Shown here piece after piece: positions 31,472 through 41,927 of a stretch of DNA of 64,000 nt (its first letter is position 1; every line of letters starts with the position of its first letter). This DNA comes from Methanomassiliicoccaceae archaeon. Its GTDB lineage: Archaea; Thermoplasmatota; Thermoplasmata; Methanomassiliicoccales; UBA472. The position numbers and the translations under genes are program-made. The notes below the pieces were generated by a model. It was not told the DNA's origin and did no database searches. It saw only the letters and a list, made by a program, of their open reading frames with translations. Location of the stretch: NCBI GenBank assembly GCA_963806355.1, contig CAWDXN010000004.1:145273-209272 (forward strand), read 5' to 3'.

Positions 31472-32625
31472 ATGGCGTTCAACGGCGACCAGGCCATCGC
31501 ATTCTCGTGGAAGCAGATAGACCCGGACGTGGTGGCATCCTATCCCATCACCCCGCAGACCATCATCGTGGAGAACTTCTCCGATTTCGTGGCCAACGGG
31601 GAGGTCAACACCGAATACGTCTGCGCCGAGTCGGAGCACAGCGCCATGTCCATCTGCATCGGCGCCGCCGCGGCCGGGGCCAGGGTGGCGACCGCCACCG
31701 CCTCGGCCGGACTGGCATTCATGTGGGAGGTGCTTTACATCGCCTCCGCCATGCGCCTCCCCATCGTCATGTCGGTGGCCAACCGAGCCCTGAGCGGGCC
31801 GATCAACATCCATTGCGACCACAGCGACGCCATGGGCGCCACGGGACTCTGGCTGGATCCAGTTATTCGGTGAGAACGTGCAGGAGGCCTACGACAACTC
31901 CCTCATGTCCTTCAAGATCGCGGAGCACATGGACGTGCGGCTGCCGGTGATGAACTGCATCGACGGTTTCATCGTCACCCACTCCCTGGAGAAGTTCGAG
32001 CCCTTGGACGACGCCGTGGTCAAGAAGTTCATCGGGGACTTCAAGCCGGTCCGCCCACTGCTGGACCTCAAGAACCCCACCACCATGGGACCGTTCTCCT
32101 GCACCGATTACTACTTCGAGCACAAGTACCAGCAGGTGGAGGCGATGAACAAGGCCATGCCGGTCATCAAGGACACCTTCAAGGAGTACGCGAAGATCAC
32201 CGGGCGCCACTACGATGTCATCGAGGGTTACCGCCTGGACGATGCCGACTATGTCATCATGGCCATGGGTTCGACCGCCGGCACGCTAAAATATGTCGTG
32301 GACGAGCTGCGTGCCGAAGGCCACAAGGTGGGCTCCATCAAGCTCCGTCTGTTCCGGCCCTTCCCCGCCAAGGAGATCGCCAAGATGCTGGAGGGCAAGA
32401 AGGCCGTGGCGGTCATCGACCGGGCCATCAGCATCGGTTCCACCGGACCGATGTTCCCCGAGGTCCGCTCCGCGCTCTTCGACGTCAAGGACCGCCCCAA
32501 GATCGTGAACTACGTCTACGGTCTGGGCGGAAGGGACGTCACGACCGAGGAGCTGAAGGACGTGTTCAAGCAAGCTGATGTCCGGGAATGTGAACGAGCT
32601 TAACTTCCTGGGGGTGCGGATATGA
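31472..32625 (+). CDS. porA: pyruvate:ferredoxin oxidoreductase alpha subunit (two apparent frameshifts, about 31860 and 32580)
   Basis: [30 protein letters not shown]...SEHSAMS...; continues in ORF 31878..32603. The inferred end ...[14 protein letters not shown] with TGA 32623-32625 overlaps the porB ATG at 32622. Confidence 0.85.
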
Positions 32626-33571
32626 GCGCATCACTCTGAAAGAGCTGTCCAAGCAGGAGACCGGTTCACCGAAGGCCACCGTCTCTGCGCCGGTTGCACC
32701 GAGCCGATCATCGCCAGGCAGATATTGATGGCCACCGAGAAGCCTGTCGTGGTGTCCAACGCCACCGGCTGCTTCGAGGTCTCCACCTCCATCTACCCGT
32801 ACACCTCCTGGAACGTGCCATGGATCCACAGCGCCTTCGAGAACGCCGCCGCGACCATCACCGGCGTGGAGGCCGCTTATCTGGCCTTGAAGCGCAAGGG
32901 CATGATCACCGAGGACATCCGCTTCGTCTCCTTCGGCGGGGATGGCGCGACCTACGATATCGGGTTCCAGGCGCTGTCTGGGGCGATCGAGCGCGGTCAC
33001 CGTTTCCTGTACGTCTGTCTGAACAACGAGGCCTACATGAACACCGGGATCCAGACGGTCCGGGGCGACCGGAAGGGGTGCCCAGACCACCACCTGCCCG
33101 GCGGGCACATGCATCCCGGGCAAGAGGGAGTTCCCCAAGGACATGACCAAGATCATCATCGCCCATGACCTGCCCTACGCGGCGCAGTGCTCCCCCCATA
33201 ACTGGAAGGACCTGATCGAGAAGGCGAGCAAGGGATTCGAGGCGAACGGCCCGGCATTCCTCAACGTCATCGCTCCCTGCCCTCGCGGCTGGCGCTACGA
33301 CCCGTCCCAGACCATCGAGATGGCCAAGCTGGCGGTCGAGACCTGCGTCTGGCCTCTGTACGAGTATCGAGAACGGCAAGTGGACGCCCTGACCGCTGAC
33401 AGCAAGCGCATCGCCGAAGGAAGCAAGCCCAAAAAGCCCATCAGCGACTGGTTGAAGTCCCAAGGCCGTTTCAGCCACCTGCTCAAGCCCCAGTGGGCCT
33501 CGGTGGCCGAGGAGATCCAGCAGAACGTCGACAAGAAATGGGACGAGCTGCTGAAACTCTGCCAGATATAA
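32622..33571 (+). CDS. porB: pyruvate:ferredoxin oxidoreductase beta subunit (TPP-binding); several apparent frameshifts
   Basis: [16 protein letters not shown] (after frame correction), [47 protein letters not shown], and C-terminal ORF 33143..33571 ([11 protein letters not shown]). Confidence 0.82.
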
Positions 33572-33592
33572 ACACTTTCAAATTTCCATTTT

Positions 33593-34301
33593 TTATGGTT
33601 CGCCGTCAAAGACCGTGCGCACCTTGAAGGCGCTGAAAAGTTTAGCTACCTCAGCCAGGTCCTTTCGGGAAAGTTCCGAGGATGTGCCTCGCAAGGGCGT
33701 GTTCAGATATACAAGGTCTGGCCGGAACGTCTCGCAAATGTTGACGATGCGCTCCATCTCCCCCAGGTTCTGGCGCACCGCGGTAACTTGCACCCGGAAG
33801 CTCCCCTTGTGCGATCTCCTGGCCCTTAGCATGAAATCCATCATCCGATCGTAATTGACGGAGCAATGTGGACGATTTATGGCATGGAATGATTGGGAAT
33901 CGGCGCAATCTAGCTTGACCACCACAATATCGAACGAGTCCAATTCGGACTGGACGTCCGGTCGGCAAAACATAGAGCCATTGGTGACCACACATATCGG
34001 GGCGTCGGTCAGCCCGCGCAGGCCCTTGACGATCTCCACCAGGTTCTTGGCCAGGAACGGCTCTCCGGTCCCCCTGACCTCCACGGCATCGACTCGATTC
34101 TGATTCAGTAGGTCCCGGGCCTCCTCAAGGACCGACCGTTCGTCCACGAACCTGCAACGCTCGGTCACCATAATGCCGCCGTGTCCCAGCCTGCAGTACA
34201 CGCATTTGTAATTGCAGACCTTGGGCTGCCTGCAGATGGGGTCCAACCCCATGGCAACGACCCAAGCGCCAAGACCGCAACGGTCCGTAAACCGATTTCA
34301 T
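33593..34301 (-). CDS. radical SAM protein (small, COG0731-like); one apparent frameshift near 34255
   Basis: MKSVYGPLRSWRLG..., then GLDPICRQPKVCNYKCVYC (CxxxCxxC cluster motif), GTGEPFL and VVTNGS. Confidence 0.75.
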
Positions 34302-34515
34302 CCTTCCACCATTGACTGCACAGCTCCATCTCTTCATGGGTCAGTTGCACGCCTTTATTGCCCCGGCAGCGAGGAGACGCACATGCGTCGACGGCATCGT
34401 TTAACGAAGCTTGTAGCGCATAGCCGTGCCTTTCCACCATAAAGATTTGCTTCAGGGCCGCGCAAAATGAGCGGGGAAATCCGATAAAATAGCGGTATTG
34501 GACTTGGTTCCCTTC

Positions 34516-34743
34516 TTAATCGGCTTGGGAGGTATGGGCGAGCATCTCCTCCCAAAGTTGGATGGTCTCTTTGGCCTCATCCTCGTCGATCACCTGGATG
34601 GCGAAGCCTGCGTGAACGATCACATAATCGCCCACCCCCACTTGGACCATGGAAATGTTGGCCTCTCTCATGACGCCTCCGAAATCGATCTGGGCGTCCT
34701 TGCCTTCGATGGACACGATCTTACCTGGGACCGCTAGACACAT
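34516..34743 (-). CDS. hypC: hydrogenase assembly chaperone HypC/HupF
   Basis: Starts MCLAVPGKIVSIEG... (the invariant N-terminal MCL-x-x-P). 75 aa, internal start within ORF 34516..34797. Confidence 0.85.
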   Translation of the reverse strand: MCLAVPGKIVSIEGKDAQIDFGGVMREANISMVQVGVGDYVIVHAGFAIQVIDEDEAKETIQLWEEMLAHTSQAD

Positions 34744-34753
34744 GGATATGACC

Positions 34754-35140
34754 TCACGATGAAATGATCTTGATGATGGCCTCGGCCGGTTGGCCATCGG
34801 TGTCCTTCAATGCCTGCAGGGCCTTCTCGCGGGAACAACCGGTCTGCTCCATGACCAATTGCACATCCTCCTCCGGCACTGATGGGGCGGAGGTGGCAGC
34901 CTTATCCTGCTTTGACGATGGACCGGTTATGGCCCTCACCTCCGGCTCTCCGACGATCTGGAAGGTCTTCTGCCCTTGCACGTTCATAATGGACACTGAG
35001 GCTTCCTTGAAGACGTATTCCTTGTCCTTGGTGCGTATGATTATCTCCTCCACCCCATCGAGGTCCTCGGTGGAGATGCCCATGCGCTTCATGGCCTGCT
35101 TCATCTGCCGGGGGTTCACTCCCCGCATACCTGGCATCAT
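34754..35140 (-). CDS. nac: nascent polypeptide-associated complex protein (archaeal NAC)
   Basis: MMPGMRGVNPRQMKQAMKRMGI...EEIIIRTKDKEYVF...IMNVQGQKTFQIVG plus a UBA-like end REKALQALKDTDGQPAEAI. Internal start of ORF 34754..35185. Confidence 0.85.
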   Translation of the reverse strand: MMPGMRGVNPRQMKQAMKRMGISTEDLDGVEEIIIRTKDKEYVFKEASVSIMNVQGQKTFQIVGEPEVRAITGPSSKQDKAATSAPSVPEEDVQLVMEQTGCSREKALQALKDTDGQPAEAIIKIISS

Positions 35141-35245
35141 GACGGTCCTTGGAGTGATTACTCCACCTATATATAGCATTTTCAAAAAAGGGACGGAGGT
35201 CCGGGCGGACCTCCGGAAGGAGGTGGGAAAATGTTTGTCCCTGGC

Positions 35246-36589
35246 TCAGAGCACGGGCAGGTAACGGTTCACTTCCCAGTCCGTCACATATTTCCTGTAA
35301 TCGTCCCACTCCTTCCCTTTGATGTACAGGTAGTTGTTGAAGATGTGGTCGCCCAGGCATTCCTTCATCAGCTTGCTCTTCGCCATGCAATCAAGGGCCT
35401 CTCCCAGGTTCATCGGCAGGGAGTCTATGCCCTGCCTCGCCCTCTCCTCCTTGCTCATGTGGTAGATGTCCTTCTCCACTGGCTCCGGAGGTTTGATATT
35501 GGACTTAATTCCATCCAGGCCCGCTGCGAGCATGACGGCGAACTGCAGGTAGGGATTTCCTGCTGGATCCGGGTTCCGCAGCTCGACCCTCGTCCTGCCG
35601 CCTCTACCGGCAGGGACGCGGATGAGCGCGCTCCTATTCATATTCGCCCAGGATAGGTAGCAGGGAGCTTCATATCCCGGTACTAGGCGCTTGTACGAGT
35701 TGACGTAGGAGGCCAAGATCGCACAGTTGTCCCTTGCGTGCGCCAGCAGTCCGCCGATGTATTTCATCGCCATATCTGATAGGCCGAATGCCCCGTTCGG
35801 GTCATCGAAGGCGTTCTTGTCCTTGCTCGCCATCGATTGGTGCACGTGCATGCCAGACCCGGCCAATCCGAAGATGGGCTTGGGCATGAACGTGGCATAG
35901 AACCCGTACTGCATGGCCATTGTCTTTATGCCGTACTTGAGGGTGAGGACACGGTCGGCCATGGTCAGGGCATCCTGGTAGCGCATGTCCACCTCGACCT
36001 GACCGGGAGCCACCTCATGGTGCGAGGCCTCCATGTCGTAGTGGAGCTCGTCGAACATGAGCATGATGTGCTTCCTGGCCATCTCCCCTGCGTCCATAGG
36101 CATCAGGTCGAAGTAACCGCCGGAGTCGGCGGGCTTCCTGACCGGCTTGCCCTCATCGTCCATTGGGAAGAGGAAGAACTCGAACTCCGGGCCGACGTTG
36201 AAGTTGTAGCCCATGTCCTTGACCTTGGCCACCATCTTCTCCAGGACCCATCTGGGGTCTCCCTTGAAGCGGTTGCCGCTGTGGTCGGAGATGGTGCACA
36301 TGAACCTCGCGGTCTGCATGTTCGCCTCTTCGATCCAGGGGTATATCTGGAACGAATCGAGGATGGGGTTCGCGCGCATGTCGCTCTCTTCGATGGTGGC
36401 ATAACCGAGGATAGAGGACCCGTCGATGTAGACACCATCATCGATGACATGCTCGATCCTGGTCATCGGGATGGACACGCTCTTCACCATGCCCAGGATG
36501 TCCGAGAACTGCATCTCGATGAACTTCACGTTCTCCTTTTTGACCCTAGATAGGATCTGCTCTTTCAACTCGTATTCCGATAGCGCCAT
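35246..36589 (-). CDS. glnA: glutamine synthetase, type I
   Basis: Intact 447 aa. FSDILGMVKSV, GPEFEFFLF, KPIFGLAGSGMHVHQS, NSYKRLVPGYEAP and VELRNPDPAGNPY. Confidence 0.93.
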   Translation of the reverse strand: MALSEYELKEQILSRVKKENVKFIEMQFSDILGMVKSVSIPMTRIEHVIDDGVYIDGSSILGYATIEESDMRANPILDSFQIYPWIEEANMQTARFMCTISDHSGNRFKGDPRWVLEKMVAKVKDMGYNFNVGPEFEFFLFPMDDEGKPVRKPADSGGYFDLMPMDAGEMARKHIMLMFDELHYDMEASHHEVAPGQVEVDMRYQDALTMADRVLTLKYGIKTMAMQYGFYATFMPKPIFGLAGSGMHVHQSMASKDKNAFDDPNGAFGLSDMAMKYIGGLLAHARDNCAILASYVNSYKRLVPGYEAPCYLSWANMNRSALIRVPAGRGGRTRVELRNPDPAGNPYLQFAVMLAAGLDGIKSNIKPPEPVEKDIYHMSKEERARQGIDSLPMNLGEALDCMAKSKLMKECLGDHIFNNYLYIKGKEWDDYRKYVTDWEVNRYLPVL

Positions 36590-36700
36590 GGATTGATGTA
36601 AAATAAAATTACTAGAAGAACCTTTGCTTTGGCTACAAATATCTACAATATTCAGAATAGAATAGATGAATGTATAGTTATTTTAAAAATATTTGTACAT

Positions 36701-37921
36701 TTAATGCTGGCTAGATGGCACTTCCTTCACGGCGTCTTGATGAGGAGATCCCGTCCTCTCTCCAACATCGACCCTGCACGATCCGGTGCCGCCAAGACCT
36801 CCGCTCGCGAAGGTCTTGTTCCCTCCACCTTTACCACCGTGCTCGTTGATCACCGCTTGGAGGATGGAGTTGGCATCGATGCCGTCCAGGTCCTTGGAGA
36901 CCGCCACCACCACCAAGGTCCGCTCCGCCTCGTCCACGAAAAAACAGGCGGTCTTGGGCGACAGCGCCCTTTTGGTCGCCTCTTCCGACAATGTCTTTCG
37001 GTCCAGTCCATGGGTCACTGCGTGTAAAGCGAGGCCTCCCCGACCTTCTCGGCCGTAAGGTTGCCCAGCCAAGCCTTGGCGTAGCATCTTAGCGCATCCT
37101 CTGGTCCTCTCAAGTTCCTCTACCTGATTGCGCAACGCCTTGAGCAGGTCCTCCGGGTGGGCGCCATAGAGTTCGGACACTTGCTGGGAAATGGTGGCCA
37201 GCTGCAGACTTCGGCGCATCGCCTCCTCCCCCACCTTGAACTCCACCTCGTGATCCCCAGCGGGTTTGGCCGAGGATACCTTCTCCACCAGCAGCATGCC
37301 GATCTCGCCGGTCCTGCGCACATGCACACCAGCGCACGCGGCCAGGTCAAAATCGCCGATTCGCACCAACCTGATGCGGTCACCAGGGATGCGTTCCAGC
37401 TTGACCCTGGATTCCGCCACCAGCGGGTCATCACGGGTGACATGCATGTCCTCCGTCTCGACGTTCGCCGCTATCACCTGGTTGACCACGGTCTCTGCTT
37501 GCAGCACTATGTCCCAGTCTAGCTTGCCTTTGACGATGAAGCTCTTCTTGGTCGGGGTGATGGCTATCTTGACCAGTTCCAGATCCGCGACCAACCTGTT
37601 CAATGACGAGAAGAGCAGGTGCTCGCCGGTATGGGCCCTCATCAGGTCGAACCGCCTCGGCCAGTCTATCATTCCCTCCACCTCCTGACCTACCTGGAGG
37701 TTGTGCCCCTGGACCCTGTGCATGATCGCACCGTTCTTGTTCTGCACCTCAGAGACGACGAGTCCAGCGAGGGTACCCACGTCAGGGTCCTGACCCCCGC
37801 CCCCAGGATAGAAGGCGGTCCTGTCCAGCTCCACCATGTCACCTGAGATCCCGACCACCTGGGCGACGAAATGCGTCAGATAAGGTTCCCCCTCATAGAG
37901 TTTCACGGTGGTGGATCTCAT
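36701..37921 (-). CDS. alaX: alanyl-tRNA editing protein AlaX-L (Ala/Thr-RS second additional domain + DHHA1-like C-terminus)
   Basis: FYPGGGGQ, zinc/editing motifs HTGEHLL and CAGVHV, and C-terminal GGKGGGNKTFASGG. Residues around 37050-37120 look locally scrambled, possibly a compensated frameshift pair. Confidence 0.8.
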   Translation of the reverse strand: MRSTTVKLYEGEPYLTHFVAQVVGISGDMVELDRTAFYPGGGGQDPDVGTLAGLVVSEVQNKNGAIMHRVQGHNLQVGQEVEGMIDWPRRFDLMRAHTGEHLLFSSLNRLVADLELVKIAITPTKKSFIVKGKLDWDIVLQAETVVNQVIAANVETEDMHVTRDDPLVAESRVKLERIPGDRIRLVRIGDFDLAACAGVHVRRTGEIGMLLVEKVSSAKPAGDHEVEFKVGEEAMRRSLQLATISQQVSELYGAHPEDLLKALRNQVEELERTRGCAKMLRQGLAGQPYGREGRGGLALHAVTHGLDRKTLSEEATKRALSPKTACFFVDEAERTLVVVAVSKDLDGIDANSILQAVINEHGGKGGGNKTFASGGLGGTGSCRVDVGERTGSPHQDAVKEVPSSQH

Positions 37922-38071
37922 ATGCCATGCATCGTTACGGGTATTAAAAAACCCGATGCTCGGCAGCGAGGTCTTGGGAAGAGGCCGTTAGATGAATGGC
38001 TCATCATATTTATAATGAAAAGGACATATGTCCACAATTATCCTCCAGCACGCGAAAATGGAGCGTTCTAT

Positions 38072-38539
38072 ATGAAGATCGATGACCTTGACAAGAAGAT
38101 CGTTAAGGAGATATGTCATTCCAGCCAAGGCTCCTACCGCCAAATAGCGAAACGACTGGGCATACACCCCACCACGCTGATCCAGAGGGTCAAGCATCTG
38201 GAGGAGGAAGGGGTGATAAAGGGGTACCGTGCCCAGGTCGACTACATGAAATTAGGGTACGAGTTCATGGCCATAGTCCACATCTATGTCGAGGGGGACC
38301 TCATGGACGTGCAGAAGAAGATAATGGACCTCACCAACGTGGTGGCCATATTCGATGTCACCGGCGAGTGCGATTCCATAGCCTGGGTGGCATGCCGCAG
38401 CCGGGAGGAGTTCAGCAGCGTGGTTAAGGGCATGCTCACCATACCTGGGGTGAAGAAGACCAATACCTATGTCATACTGAACATGATCAAGGACCCGTTC
38501 AACTTCATGCCCGATTTCGAAGAGTCCAAAGAACGATGA
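38072..38539 (+). CDS. Lrp/AsnC-family transcriptional regulator
   Basis: MKIDDLDKKIVKEICHSSQGSYRQIAKRLGIHPTTLIQRVKHLEEEGVIKGY (HTH) plus a RAM-like C-terminal domain. 155 aa, internal start of ORF 37871..38539. Confidence 0.85.
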   Translation: MKIDDLDKKIVKEICHSSQGSYRQIAKRLGIHPTTLIQRVKHLEEEGVIKGYRAQVDYMKLGYEFMAIVHIYVEGDLMDVQKKIMDLTNVVAIFDVTGECDSIAWVACRSREEFSSVVKGMLTIPGVKKTNTYVILNMIKDPFNFMPDFEESKER

Positions 38540-38733
38540 TCCTGAGATCTAACCGCGACATCCGTTAAATATTTCGTTCAGATTATTACAAATATCATCG
38601 ATAAATCATCATTTTGTCAGGTTTATTTGAAAAATGTAACATTATTGGAATCATATTATGGCCCTTGGTTGGAAAAGGGTTTAATATCCTAGGACATTTA
38701 ACCGCAATATCGAAGCTATCTTACCCAGAGGCA

Positions 38734-40563
38734 ATGAGCATGATGAAGACACAGGATTGTGGGAGCCTTCGCGCCAAGGACATCGGCAAGAGGGTCAAGC
38801 TCGCTGGCTGGGTGCGCTTCTATCGGGACCATGGTGGGGTCAGGTTCATCGACCTGGCCGATGCCATGGGTTCGACCCAGACCGTATTTGACCCGGAAGC
38901 GTACCAGTCGAACGTGGACATAGTTGGATTGGGCAAGAAGCTGAATAATGTCGCAAGAGAGTATGTCATTTCCATTTCAGGCGTCGTTAGGGAACGGGTG
39001 CCTGGTACCGAAGATGAGAGAAACCCCACAGGCAAGGTGGAGGTGCTCATCGAGGAGGCAGAGGTGCTGAACTCCTCCAAGCCCATACCGTTCGAGATCG
39101 CCGACCAGAAGAACTCCATGTTGCCCGGAGAGGACCTTCGCCTGAAATATCGTTACCTCGACCTTAGACGATCGGACATGGTGGCCAACCTTCGGTTCAG
39201 ACATTCCCTTCTCGCCTCCATCAGACGGCATCTCGACGCCATCGATTTCATCGAAGTGGAGACACCCACACTGACAAGGAGCACGCAGGAGGGGGCCAGG
39301 GATTTCCTGGTGCCTTCGAGGATCATGCCCGGGGCTTTCTACGCCCTGCCGCAGTCGCCCCAGCTCTACAAGCAGATGCTCATGGTAGGGAGCGTGGAAC
39401 GATACTTCCAGATCGCTCGCTGCTATCGGGACGAGGACGCCCGATCGGACCGCCAACCAGAGTTCACCCAGTTGGACATGGAGATGGCATTCGTGGACCA
39501 GGAGGACATATTCCACATGGTGGAGAGGCTCTATTCTCAGGTTTGGAAGGACCTGTTCGGAAAGGAGCTGGTCACGCCATTCCCCCGCATACAGCTGGAG
39601 GATGCCATGTCTCGCTACGGGACGGACGCTCCGGACATCCGTTTCGGATTGGAACTGACCGATGTCACCGACATCGCCGCGCACGCCCACTACGAGATAT
39701 TCCAGAAGGTCCTGCAGAAGAAGGGCGTCATCTTCGCCATCAATCTCAAGTCCTCACTGGTACAGGAGAAGTCTCTGGACGCCAATGTGGGCCGAAAGGA
39801 GGTGGACCGCCTCATCGATTGGGCCAAGCAACAGGGCATGGGCGGTCTGACCTGGATGCGCATGACCGATGAGGGGTTGAGCTCCAACATCGTGAAATAT
39901 TTCGACAAGAAGGTCCTTGAGGACCTGGCCTCCCGCCTCAAGGCGGAGAGAGGGGACCTATGCCTCTTCCTCGCAGGTCCGAAGCACCCGACCCAGAAGG
40001 CGGGTGGGCTGCTCCGTCTGAAGTTGGCCCAGGACAACGGACTTCTCGAGGGCAAAGGTCACCAGTTCGTATGGGTGGTCGACTGTCCGTTGTTCCAGGC
40101 CGACCCGGTCACGGGCAAGCTGGCCTCGTTCCACCATCCGTTCGTGCGGCCGGTCCAGGGGGACATCCTTGAGGGCTCTGACCTCATGGCCCTGAAGGGC
40201 TACTCCTACGACCTGGTCCTGAACGGGAGCGAGATCGGATCGGGCTCGTTGCGTAACCACAACGTGGAGGTGCAGCGCAAGATGTTCAAGGCCCTGGGCA
40301 TGAGCGAGGAGCGCATCGAGAGGGAGTTCGATTTCTTCCTGGAGGCGCTGTCGTTCGGAGCCCCGCCCCATGGGGGCATCGGCATGGGCATGGACCGGCT
40401 TTGCGCCATCCTGTTGGGTTGCGAGAGCATCCGTGACGTGATAGCGTTCCCCAAGAACAAGAAGTTCCAATCCCTGGTGGACGGGTCGCCCAACCCCGTG
40501 GACCAGTCCAAGCTCGACGAGCTGCAGCTCATGTCCCTGGCCGACGAGGATGAGGAGAGCTGA
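38734..40563 (+). CDS. aspS: aspartyl-tRNA synthetase, bacterial-type (with large insertion/GAD-like domain)
   Basis: Intact, about 609 aa. LRLKYRYLDLRR, EGARDFLVPSR, FYALPQSPQLYKQMLM, RCYRDEDARSDRQPEFTQLDMEM, a ~130-aa insertion, HHPF, NGSEIGSGSLR and GAPPHGGIGMGMDRL. Confidence 0.9.
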   Translation: MSMMKTQDCGSLRAKDIGKRVKLAGWVRFYRDHGGVRFIDLADAMGSTQTVFDPEAYQSNVDIVGLGKKLNNVAREYVISISGVVRERVPGTEDERNPTGKVEVLIEEAEVLNSSKPIPFEIADQKNSMLPGEDLRLKYRYLDLRRSDMVANLRFRHSLLASIRRHLDAIDFIEVETPTLTRSTQEGARDFLVPSRIMPGAFYALPQSPQLYKQMLMVGSVERYFQIARCYRDEDARSDRQPEFTQLDMEMAFVDQEDIFHMVERLYSQVWKDLFGKELVTPFPRIQLEDAMSRYGTDAPDIRFGLELTDVTDIAAHAHYEIFQKVLQKKGVIFAINLKSSLVQEKSLDANVGRKEVDRLIDWAKQQGMGGLTWMRMTDEGLSSNIVKYFDKKVLEDLASRLKAERGDLCLFLAGPKHPTQKAGGLLRLKLAQDNGLLEGKGHQFVWVVDCPLFQADPVTGKLASFHHPFVRPVQGDILEGSDLMALKGYSYDLVLNGSEIGSGSLRNHNVEVQRKMFKALGMSEERIEREFDFFLEALSFGAPPHGGIGMGMDRLCAILLGCESIRDVIAFPKNKKFQSLVDGSPNPVDQSKLDELQLMSLADEDEES

Positions 40564-40569
40564 ACCCCC

Positions 40570-41927
40570 TCAACCCAACCTTTTCCTGACCTCTGCCTCC
40601 ACGCATGACACGATGTCCTTCGAGGAGTAGAGGCCTTTCGTCTCTTTCATCAGATGGCCGATGACGCGGTTGGCTGCCTTAGGGTTCTTCTTGCAATCCT
40701 CAAGCACCTCGGGGTGGGCCTCGAGGTATTGCGTCGACCAATGATTCCAGGTTCGATCCCGGCTCACAGGTCGGACCGCTCTCATGCTCGGCCTCCCCGA
40801 TCAAACGGAGCAATCTCAAACGGGCCTCGTTGTCGGTGATCGTGCCATCGACGTCGGCCTTGATCACCGCGCCGATATCGTCGGTGCGACCTTCCTTTAC
40901 CAAGACCTCGAACTTCGACCAGTATGCTGAGATCGGGCCTAGCAACCAGGTCAACGCCTTCTCCACCGGGACAAACTCGCACAGGGACTCGAAAAGGTCG
41001 GCCATGGACCAAGAGGTGCTCACCATCTGTCGCGCCGTCTGATGCTCGATGCCATATTGACTGGGCGAGGCGCTCCGCTCTCCGGTATGGCGTCTCTGGG
41101 ATCACCAGCTCGCGCGCCATGGGCCCGATGGTGAACTCACCCAGGTCCGGCTCGCCTATGTAGCCGTAATCCTCCTCGAACTCCTTCTCCCGCGCCGGCA
41201 GGGTCACCTTTCGCTCCTCGTCGTAACGACGGGTCTCGCGCACCACCTTCTTGCCCGCTTCGAGCACCTTCGTCTGGCGGTTCGCCTCGTAGCGCAGCGC
41301 TCGCTCCAGGTTGCGCAGCCCTTGGACGTTCTTGACCTCCACGCGCTCCTCCCCCACCGAGATGTTGGCGTCCACCCGCACGGTCTGCTCGTCCTGGACC
41401 GAAAGACCCACCAGATGCCTGAGCTCGGTGACGAGCATATCGATGTATTCCCTGGCCTCGTCCGGCGACCTTAGGTCCGGAGCGCTGACGATCTCCACAA
41501 GAGGGATGCCAGATCGGTTGTAATCGATGAAGGAGACCTCCTCCCCGCTGCGCCCGACGCGCTTGATGCGACCAGGGTCCTCCTCCAGGTGCACTCGCCA
41601 GATGCCAATGCGATGGTCATTCAGTGTGAAGTGCCCGTCCGTGCCCAGGGGCGACTCGTACTGTGTGATCTGGAAGTCCTTGGGCAGGTCTGGATAGAAG
41701 TAGGTCTTGCGGGAGAACCACACCTTCTCGTTGACCTTGCAGTCGAGGAACTTGGTGATCATCAGTCCTAATTGCAGCGCTCGTCGGTTCATCACCGGCC
41801 TAGAGCCAGGGAAGCCCAGGCAAGTGGGGCAGACCGCGGTGTTCGGCTGCTCGGCCGTGGTGGGGCAGGAGCAGAACAGCTTGGACCTGGTGGGGAGCTG
41901 CAGGTGCACTTCCAGCCCGATCTTCAT
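40570..41927 (-). CDS. gatB: Asp/Glu-tRNA amidotransferase subunit B (about three apparent frameshifts in the C-terminal third)
   Basis: MKIGLEVHLQLPTRSKLFCSC...GFPGSRPVMN, RKTYFYPDLPKDFQITQ, VHLEEDPG and NRSGIPLVEIVS. The tail is in ORFs 40700..41026 and 40570..40785 (...KKNPKAANRVIGHLMKETKG). Confidence 0.85.

Noticed and set aside
34302-34440. Small minus-strand ORF (MVERHGYALQASLNDAVDACASPRCRGNKGVQLTHEEMELC...) between hypC and the radical SAM gene
   Set aside because: It overlaps the likely radical SAM start region in another frame. It could be an N-terminal extension created or hidden by an indel, and there is not enough evidence to call it a separate gene.
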